Under the pieces are notes generated by a model. It had not been told where the DNA came from. It saw only the letters and a list, made by a program, of their open reading frames with translations, and did no database searches. A stretch of DNA of 64,000 bases from contig CAVPZI010000009.1 in assembly GCA_963710235.1 (NCBI GenBank), positions 119,417-183,416 on the forward strand, in the 5' to 3' direction. Position numbers and translations under genes: made by a program. Source of the stretch: an uncultured Alphaproteobacteria bacterium (GTDB taxonomy: Bacteria; Pseudomonadota; Alphaproteobacteria; Rhizobiales; Xanthobacteraceae). The stretch's first letter is position 1. The number at the start of each line of letters is the position of its first letter. Positions 57,443 to 64,000 of the stretch are shown piece by piece.

Positions 57443-58113
57443 GCCGGCTCGGTGGAGGCGGCGACCGGCTCCGGCGTGGTGAACTCCGCCAGCCGTTGCT
57501 CGAGCTTGTCGATGTTCTGGAACAGCCGGGCGCTGGCGAGCCGCAGAAAGTAGAAGCCGAACGCCGGGTTCTGCACGTAGAGCTCCTCGACCTGGCGGTA
57601 GCTGACGCTGAGAATGACGCCGCTTTCGATGCATTCCAGCGTCTGGGTCCGGGCGTTGGACGGCGACAGCATGCCGAGTTCGCCGACAATGGCGCCCACC
57701 GGCAGCACGATGCCCGATTCGACCAGCTGGTAGCGGCCGCTGACGATATAGAACATGTCCTCGGCCTTTTCGTCCTTGTAGAACAGCATCTCGCCGGCGT
57801 TGCATTTTCGCTCGGTCATGAACGGCTTCAGCCATTCCATCGACAGGTCGCTGTTGACACTTCTTTTGACGTCGCGCACGAGCTGCAGCATCTGGTGCAG
57901 GCGGTAGCCGTTGAGCGGCAGCAGCACCGAATGCAGTACCAGCTGCGCGTAATTGTGGCTCGGTATCGACGCGGCGATCAGGATGACATTGGTCAGCATG
58001 CCGAACACACGAAGCGGGATCATCGTGCGCATGGTGTAGGTCGCAACCACGAAAATCGAGGCGAACAGACTGCCGGCGGCGGCCGCGTGTTCCCCTAAAT
58101 GCGATGTATCCAT
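57439..58113 (-). CDS. Membrane-anchored cyclic nucleotide-binding domain protein
   Basis: 224 aa from ATG 58113. Two or three N-terminal TM segments (LFASIFVVATY; VFGMLTNVILIAA), then a cNMP-binding fold (GEMLFYKDEKAEDMFYIVSG...GELGMLSPSNARTQTLE). Confidence 0.7.
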   Translation of the reverse strand: MDTSHLGEHAAAAGSLFASIFVVATYTMRTMIPLRVFGMLTNVILIAASIPSHNYAQLVLHSVLLPLNGYRLHQMLQLVRDVKRSVNSDLSMEWLKPFMTERKCNAGEMLFYKDEKAEDMFYIVSGRYQLVESGIVLPVGAIVGELGMLSPSNARTQTLECIESGVILSVSYRQVEELYVQNPAFGFYFLRLASARLFQNIDKLEQRLAEFTTPEPVAASTEPA

Positions 58114-58357
58114 AAGAAGCCAGCCAGTTTTCAAAGAGTTGACGGTGCTCGATCGGCTTTCGGTGCGCTGCAAGATAAGCCGGAGGCACGATCCGGGGAA
58201 ATCCCCCAGGGCCCCATGATATAGGGGGAAGAATCGACCTTTTGTACGAGAATGTTGCGGGCCTTCGCCGAAAGTACCAATCGTTACAAAGTGAAACACG
58301 GGGTGCGGCGCGGCCGGTCGTTGACGGCCTCCCCCCGCCCGGGCACTTTGTGGCCTG

Positions 58358-59521
58358 GTGGCCAACGTTTCCGTGGCCACCACCCCTGCATCGATTGGCG
58401 CCGACGCTCCCATGCCCAAGCCGTTTCCTCTCGCTCTCGCCCAGTTCACGGCCGCGACCACCGCGCGCGGCGTGACCAAGGCGTCCTATGTCGCAATTGC
58501 GGTCGGCCTCGTCACCATGCTGATCCTGTCGGTGGACCCGGCCTACCAGGCCGCGCCGCACTGGATCGAAACCATCCTGTGGACCTGCGCGGCGTTCTTC
58601 ATTTTCGAATGGGCGGTTCGGCTGCAATACGCCTTCCGGATGCGGCGCCTCCTCGCTTATGCGGTGTCGATCCGCGGCCTGGTGGATACCGCCGCGGCCC
58701 TGGCAGCCCCGCTGGCGATGGCTGTTGGCGTCAACTCCCGCTCGGCGTGGCTGCTCGGCGGGTTCTGGCTGTTGAAGCTGATGCCCGGGATTCCGGGATT
58801 GCGGCAGTTGCGCCGGGTGCTGGTACTGGAATCCGGGCCGCTGTTGAGCGTGCTGGCGATTTTCCTGATGGTGCTGTTCCTCGCCTCGGTGATGGTTTTC
58901 GTGCTGGAGCGCGACGTCCAGCCGGCCGGATTCGGCAGCATTCCCGCCACCCTGTGGTGGGCGGTCGCGACCCTGACCACCACGGGGTATGGCGACGTCG
59001 TGCCGATCACGCCCTTGGGACGCATCGTGGCGGCGCTGGTGATGATCTGCGGGCTCGGCGTGTTCGGGCTCTGGACCGGTATTCTGGCCACCGGCTTTGC
59101 CGCGGAAACCCGCCGCGACAATTTCCTGAAAACCTGGGAATCGGTCACCAAGGTGCCGTTCTTCGAAGCGCTCGGGCCGGCCGCGATCGCCGACGTCACC
59201 CACATGCTGCGCACCATCGACCTGCCGGCGCGTACCACCATCATTCGCAAGGGCCAGGTCGGCGACTGCATGTATTTTCTGGCCAGCGGCGAAGTCGAAG
59301 TGGATCTGCCGGGCAAGAAAGTAAAACTGGAAGAAGGCGCGTTCTTCGGCGAGATGGCGCTGCTCGGCAACAACCTGCGCTCCGCCAACATCACCACCAC
59401 GCGGCTGTCCAAGCTCCTGGTGCTCGATCTGGTGGATTTCCGGGTGCTGATGGCGCGGCATCCTGACCTGGCGCAGACCATCGACGTCGAAGCCAAGCGG
59501 CGCGCGCTGGAAAACAAGTAG
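58358..59521 (+). CDS. Cyclic nucleotide-gated K+ channel (MlotiK1-like), copy 2
   Basis: 387 aa. Selectivity filter TLTTTGYGD. cNMP domain GDCMYFLASGEVEV...FFGEMALLGNNLRSANITT. Start uncertain. Confidence 0.85.
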   Translation: MANVSVATTPASIGADAPMPKPFPLALAQFTAATTARGVTKASYVAIAVGLVTMLILSVDPAYQAAPHWIETILWTCAAFFIFEWAVRLQYAFRMRRLLAYAVSIRGLVDTAAALAAPLAMAVGVNSRSAWLLGGFWLLKLMPGIPGLRQLRRVLVLESGPLLSVLAIFLMVLFLASVMVFVLERDVQPAGFGSIPATLWWAVATLTTTGYGDVVPITPLGRIVAALVMICGLGVFGLWTGILATGFAAETRRDNFLKTWESVTKVPFFEALGPAAIADVTHMLRTIDLPARTTIIRKGQVGDCMYFLASGEVEVDLPGKKVKLEEGAFFGEMALLGNNLRSANITTTRLSKLLVLDLVDFRVLMARHPDLAQTIDVEAKRRALENK

Positions 59522-59579
59522 ACGGAAACAAACAGGCGCGGTGTCACTGCAATGCCGCGCGCGCAAGGAGAACACCGAA

Positions 59580-60365
59580 ATGCCGGAAGCGACAGACGAT
59601 GCGAGCGCGCCGGTTCTAAGCGTCGATGGCGCGCGTGCCACCATTCGTCTCAACCGGCCAAGGCACCTGAACCGGCTGCAGCCCGCCGATCTGAAGGCGA
59701 TGCTGAAGCTGTTCGATGCCGTCGAGGCGGATCCGGCAATCCGGGTGATGGTCCTGACCGGCACCGGCCGCGCCTTCAGCGCCGGCTTCGATCTCGGCGC
59801 CATCGCCGAACGCGTCGACGGCGCGGCAGCGCCGCAACCCGCCGGTCCGTCGTTCGAAGCGGTGGTCAATCGGCTCGAGGATCTCGCGCTGCCCACCATC
59901 TGCCGGCTCAACGGCGGGGTCTATGGCGGCTCGACCGACCTGGCGCTGGCCTGCGACTTTCGCATCGGCGTCGACAGTTGCGAGATGTTCATGCCGGCGG
60001 CGCGGCTCGGGCTGCATTACTATGCCGGAGGCATCCGCCGCTACGTGTCGCGGCTCGGCGCCGACAATGCCAAGAAACTTTTCCTTACCGCGCAGAAGAT
60101 CGAAGCCACCGAGATGCTGCGGATCGGCTACCTTACCGCCACCGCGCCCGCCGAGGCGCTCGACGAGGAGGTGGACAAACTGGCGACGATATTGGCCGGC
60201 AACGCGCCCGTGGCGATGCGCGGCATGAAGCGCGCCATCAACGAATTCGCCCGCGGCGAACTCGACGAGGCCGCGGTCGAGCGGCGCTACCGCGACAGCC
60301 AGCACGGCGACGAGATCAGGGAAGGCATGGCCGCATTCGCGCAAAAGCGGCCGCCGCGGTTCTAA
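59580..60365 (+). CDS. Enoyl-CoA hydratase/isomerase family protein
   Basis: 261 aa. ATIRLNRPRHLNRL...VMVLTGTGRAFSAGFDLG...GGVYGGSTDLALACDFRI. Confidence 0.85.
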   Translation: MPEATDDASAPVLSVDGARATIRLNRPRHLNRLQPADLKAMLKLFDAVEADPAIRVMVLTGTGRAFSAGFDLGAIAERVDGAAAPQPAGPSFEAVVNRLEDLALPTICRLNGGVYGGSTDLALACDFRIGVDSCEMFMPAARLGLHYYAGGIRRYVSRLGADNAKKLFLTAQKIEATEMLRIGYLTATAPAEALDEEVDKLATILAGNAPVAMRGMKRAINEFARGELDEAAVERRYRDSQHGDEIREGMAAFAQKRPPRF

Positions 60366-60422
60366 GGCGGGCATACGGCATCCGGGCCGACACGGCGATC
60401 GATCGACCGTGCCGTCACCCCC

Positions 60423-60436
60423 TTGATCTATGTCAA
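60423..60436. promoter_or_regulatory. FixK/FNR-type box TTGATCTATGTCAA
   Basis: TTGA-N6-TCAA, 100 bp upstream of ATG 60536. Confidence 0.6.
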
Positions 60437-60535
60437 CGCCGTCCGGATGCCCATCGATAGTTGAATAGGTTCGCGCGCTTCGCTTTGCGTCCAGGGCGGC
60501 GGCGTCAGACGTCTGTAGCTAAGAAGGTAATCCAA

Positions 60536-60892
60536 ATGATCGGAAAACAGTTGATCCTGTGCTGTGCAGCTATTGCGCTTGCAGGCCCTGCCTACGCGCA
60601 GGTCGAACTCAAGACCTACGCGGACAGCGACGGCTATCTCGATGTCCAGAAACTGACCTGCGCGCAACTGGCCAATACGTTCCAGGAAGACGCCGACCAT
60701 CTGACCACCTGGTACAGCGGCTGGTACAACGGACTTGGCAAGAAGCATTTCATGGTGGTCGATCGCGCAAAATCGCTCGAACACGAAATCATCGTCTATT
60801 GCAAAGCCAATCAAGGCAAGAAGGTCATCGAGGCCATCGACGTGGTGTTCAAGGCCTACCGGGACGCCCGTGGCATCAAATTAAAAGAGTGA
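60536..60892 (+). CDS. Periplasmic HdeA/HdeB-like small protein
   Basis: 118 aa. Signal peptide MIGKQLILCCAAIALAGPAYAQ. Mature part has two Cys and a TC..L....W..GW.NG pattern reminiscent of HdeA-family chaperones. Confidence 0.5.
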   Translation: MIGKQLILCCAAIALAGPAYAQVELKTYADSDGYLDVQKLTCAQLANTFQEDADHLTTWYSGWYNGLGKKHFMVVDRAKSLEHEIIVYCKANQGKKVIEAIDVVFKAYRDARGIKLKE

Positions 60893-60954
60893 CCTGGTCG
60901 CTTCGCTATCGCCGCTTGTAAAACCCGGCAGGGCCGAACAATGTACTGCCATCG

Positions 60955-62004
60955 ATGGCGAGATCAAAAATGCCCGGTTTCAGGAAACGCCCCGTCATAA
61001 CAGCGGTCATCGCGGTGCTGGCCCTGGTTCTGGCGGTTGGCCATCCAGCGCGTGCCCAGACCCTGAAGGCCGTCCAGGAACGCGGCACGCTCAATTGCGG
61101 TGTCAGCCAGGGGTTGCTGGGCTTCTCCAGCATGGACGATACGAAATCGTGGACCGGCTTTGACGTCGATTTTTGCCGCGCCGTGGCTGCGGCGATCTTC
61201 GGCGATCCCGCAAAAGTGACGTTCGTGCCGCTCGACGCGACGACCCGTTTCACGGCGCTGCAGTCGAAGGACATCGACGTGTTGTCGCGTAACTCCACCT
61301 GGACGATGTCGCGCGAAAGCGCGCTCGGCCTGATGTTCGCCGGCGTGGCGTATTACGACGGCCAGGGCTTCCTGTTGCGCCGCGATGCCGGTATCGATAC
61401 CGCCCTGCAGCTTGGCGGCAAGACCGTGTGCACCCAGGCCGGCACCACGAGCGAGCTCAATCTGTCGGACTATTTTCGCGCCAACGACATGGTGCTGAAG
61501 GTCGTGGCGCTGGGCACCGCCGAAGAAAGCCGCAAGGCCTATGACGATCGCAAATGCGACGTGCTCACCAGCGACGTATCGCAGCTCTACGCCGAGCGCC
61601 TCAAGCTCGCCGCGCCCGACAGCCATATCATCCTGCCGGAAGTCATTTCAAAGGAACCGCTTGGGCCTGCGGTGCGCCAGGGCGACGACCAGTGGTTCAA
61701 CCTGGTGAAGTGGACGCTCTATGCATTGATCAACGCCGAGGAACTCGGCGTCAAGTCGGCAACGCTCGACGATGCGATGAAATCCTCGAGTCCCAATATC
61801 CGGCGCCTGGTCGGCACCGAAGGCGAATTCGGCGAGCAACTGGGCCTTGCCAAGGACTGGGCGGCGCGCGCTGTTGGCGCGGTCGGCAACTACGGAGAGA
61901 TCTATGAACGAAACGTCGGAGTGCAGTCGAGGCTCAGCATTCCGCGCGGACTTAATGCGCTCTGGACACAAGGCGGGATCCTGTACGCGCCTCCCGTCAG
62001 GTAG
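60955..62004 (+). CDS. aapJ: General L-amino-acid ABC transporter substrate-binding protein (AapJ/BztA-like)
   Basis: 349 aa. Signal peptide, then LKAVQERGTLNCGVSQGLLGFS...GFDVDFCRAVAAAIFGD, typical of the AapJ family. No permease follows. Confidence 0.8.
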   Translation: MARSKMPGFRKRPVITAVIAVLALVLAVGHPARAQTLKAVQERGTLNCGVSQGLLGFSSMDDTKSWTGFDVDFCRAVAAAIFGDPAKVTFVPLDATTRFTALQSKDIDVLSRNSTWTMSRESALGLMFAGVAYYDGQGFLLRRDAGIDTALQLGGKTVCTQAGTTSELNLSDYFRANDMVLKVVALGTAEESRKAYDDRKCDVLTSDVSQLYAERLKLAAPDSHIILPEVISKEPLGPAVRQGDDQWFNLVKWTLYALINAEELGVKSATLDDAMKSSSPNIRRLVGTEGEFGEQLGLAKDWAARAVGAVGNYGEIYERNVGVQSRLSIPRGLNALWTQGGILYAPPVR

Positions 62005-62022
62005 TTCTTCAGGGGTCACGGC

Positions 62023-62916
62023 ATGATCGTAGACTACTATTCGCTGCTGACGAAAGCGGTCGCGGGCAAGGATGTAGCGGCACGCCACAAGATCTACCAG
62101 GACGCCTATGATCTTGTCGCCAAGTCCCGTCTCTCGCGCGAGGCCACCTCCTCTCACATCGCGGCACTTGAAGACGCCGTCCGGCGGATCGAGGATGACA
62201 TCGCCGCCGAACAGCCCCATGAAGCGGATGCTGCGGCCATCAACGAGGTGCTGTCGACGCGCAGCAGGTCGAAGCCGTTCATCATCGGCGCCTGCGCGGC
62301 CGTTGCCGTCATCGCCGCCTCGGCCTTGCTCTACGGATATGTCGCCCGCAAGGGCCCCGGCATTGTCGCGGGTATCACGGCGCCATCGTCGAAGGTGCAG
62401 CGCGGTCGCGAAGAGGCCGTCATGGCGGACCTCAAGGCCGGTGTCGATGGCGGCTCCTCGGGACAGGGCCTTCCGTTTGCGCTGCAACGGCAAGTGATAT
62501 TCTACCGCACCACCGTCGTGCCTGGGTCGATCGTGATCGATCGGGAAAATCGCTTTCTGTATCTGATCAATTCAAACAATTCCGCGCGCCGCTACGGGAT
62601 CGGGATCGCAGAGGAGTGTCTCAAGGGAGGCAGCATCTCCCGCGTGATCAACAAGCTTGAATGGCCCGACTGGCGGGCTCCGGCTGCCAACACCAGGGAG
62701 GCGGACGCGCTGGCTCCGGCGGCCGGCCGCCCCGGCAGTCTGCTGGGCGCACGCGCGTTGTTGCTCGACAAGCCCGGACTGCTCATTCATGGGACCAATA
62801 CGCCCCAGACGATCGGCCATCTCGTCGCTTCCGGGTGCATCCGGCTTGTGAATGACGATGTCGAGGATTTGTACCGACGCGTTTCGGTGGAAACGCGTGT
62901 CGTGTTTGTGAGCTAG
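62023..62916 (+). CDS. L,D-transpeptidase (YkuD domain) with N-terminal cytoplasmic/TM region
   Basis: 297 aa. TM FIIGACAAVAVIAASALLYGY. Catalytic motif LIHGTNTPQTIGHLVASGCIRL. Confidence 0.85.
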   Translation: MIVDYYSLLTKAVAGKDVAARHKIYQDAYDLVAKSRLSREATSSHIAALEDAVRRIEDDIAAEQPHEADAAAINEVLSTRSRSKPFIIGACAAVAVIAASALLYGYVARKGPGIVAGITAPSSKVQRGREEAVMADLKAGVDGGSSGQGLPFALQRQVIFYRTTVVPGSIVIDRENRFLYLINSNNSARRYGIGIAEECLKGGSISRVINKLEWPDWRAPAANTREADALAPAAGRPGSLLGARALLLDKPGLLIHGTNTPQTIGHLVASGCIRLVNDDVEDLYRRVSVETRVVFVS

Positions 62917-63098
62917 GCGCACGCGCCGTTCGACGCCCGTTTCACGCGACAGTCGCGTACGCGGCAGGGGACGCTGCTTCCCACGAAACATTCCTGAAAC
63001 ACGAATCTCGCTTTCGGCATTGAACGCCGACAGCTAGCGTCGCGACGTATGGGCAGGGACAAGACAACGGCGCAACGCGCCAAACACTGGAGAAGACA

Positions 63099-63335
63099 AT
63101 GTTTCGCAAGGTTACCCTCGGACTGATCGCTGCTGCCGCCCTCACCGCCGGCGCGCTGAGCCCCGCTGCCGCGCATGGCTTTCATGGCGGCTGGCACGGC
63201 GGCTGGCATGGTGGCATCGGCTTTTACGGCCCCGGCCTCTACGTCGGCGGCCTGACCGACGATTGCATCCAGCAGCGCGTCGTCAACACCCGTCATGGGC
63301 CGCGCCTGCGCACCGTCAACGTCTGCGCGTTCTGA
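63099..63335 (+). CDS. Small secreted His/Gly/Trp-repeat protein with a C-terminal Cys pair
   Basis: 78 aa. Signal peptide MFRKVTLGLIAAAALTAGALSPAAA, then HGFHGGWHGGWHGGIGFYGPG, then C...C. Confidence 0.55.
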   Translation: MFRKVTLGLIAAAALTAGALSPAAAHGFHGGWHGGWHGGIGFYGPGLYVGGLTDDCIQQRVVNTRHGPRLRTVNVCAF

Positions 63336-63363
63336 TCACCTCCGTAGCGTAAAGCGTCATGAG

Positions 63364-63416
63364 AACCCCGGTCGCCTAGGACAAAGCTGCGCTTTGTCCA
63401 GAGCGATCGGGGTTTT
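63364..63416. terminator. Compound hairpin, bidirectional terminator between convergent genes
   Basis: Inner stem GGACAAAGC-tgc-GCTTTGTCC. Outer stem AACCCCGGTCGC/GCGATCGGGGTT followed by TTTT. Confidence 0.6.
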
Positions 63417-63422
63417 CCAACT

Positions 63423-64000
63423 CTATTCGTCGATGAACCGCACCGCATCCGCAACGCTTGCCCGCGAAGTGCGGTAGCTGTTGACCATGTGATCGTGGTC
63501 GGCATATCCGAACGAGATGCCGCACACCACGCGGCGGTCGTCGCCGAGCCCGAAGTGGTGGCGCACCGCTTCCGAATAGAACGCCAGCGCCGCCTGCGGG
63601 ATGGTACCGAGCCCGAGCGCCTGCGCCGCCAGCATGAAATTGTTGACATAGCCGCCGCAATCGACCGCGCCATAGACGCCGAGCGCCTCGTCGGTAGTGA
63701 TGATGGCGACATGGGGCGCGCCGAAGAAGTTGAAATTCTCCAGCGCCTGTCGGGCATAGGCCGCCTTGTCGCCGCGCGCGATGCCGAGGGTGTTGTAGAG
63801 CTGGAAGCCGCTTTCACGGCGCCGTTCGAGGTAGACCCCGCGATACTCGCGTGGAAACGCAAAATCGCCGTTGAGCGGTTCGCCGCGCGACGCCCGCGGA
63901 TACAGCGCGTCGTGGAATTTTTTCGTGGCTTCGCCCGAGGCGATCACCAGTTGCCAGGGCTGGCTGTTGCACCACGACGCGGTGCGCTGCGCCGCGGTCA
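63423..64000 (-). CDS. Nitroreductase family protein (5' end beyond the right edge)
   Basis: The frame is open to position 64000 (…ASWCNSQPWQLVIASGE...). NFFGAPHVAIITTD and GGYVNNFMLAAQALGLGT are typical nitroreductase motifs. Confidence 0.8.
   Translation of the reverse strand, partial: TAAQRTASWCNSQPWQLVIASGEATKKFHDALYPRASRGEPLNGDFAFPREYRGVYLERRRESGFQLYNTLGIARGDKAAYARQALENFNFFGAPHVAIITTDEALGVYGAVDCGGYVNNFMLAAQALGLGTIPQAALAFYSEAVRHHFGLGDDRRVVCGISFGYADHDHMVNSYRTSRASVADAVRFIDE

Overview
High-GC alphaproteobacterial chromosome, Bradyrhizobium/Rhodopseudomonas-like judging by gene content and REP families. The core (about 22.4-37.9 kb) is a microoxic FixLJ-FixK island: fixL, fixJ, ccoNOQP, fixGHIS (ccoGHIS) and a Cys-free fixK. 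At least 13 good TTGA-N6-TCAA (FixK/FNR-type) boxes sit in front of these and of many small conserved-unknown genes across the window. Left part: a BTLCP (LapG-like) cysteine peptidase followed by a 65-aa peptide with a textbook double-glycine leader; a beta-oxidative hydroxycinnamate (feruloyl-CoA) operon; phasin-phaC-CHAD-kinase; adh; a Pat-like ADP-forming acyl-CoA synthetase/GNAT; a YqjD/ElaB operon; and an Mla-like ABC system. Right part: a TRAP transporter plus pobA; GSTs with LysR and YafY regulators; an MCP; a haloalkane dehalogenase; and a cyclic-nucleotide module (a second CNG K+ channel, two cNMP-binding proteins, a DUF6537-like protein). One decayed IS630 element keeps intact inverted repeats and a TA duplication. 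Seven single-base frame disruptions hit six otherwise conserved genes: enoyl-CoA hydratase, fixJ, fixH, fixI (twice), and the MCP. These are either indel-type assembly errors or real decay. No rRNA, tRNA or CRISPR array was seen. The most novel-looking item is the BTLCP + GG-leader peptide cassette. All function calls come from motif and family recognition by eye; no searches were run.
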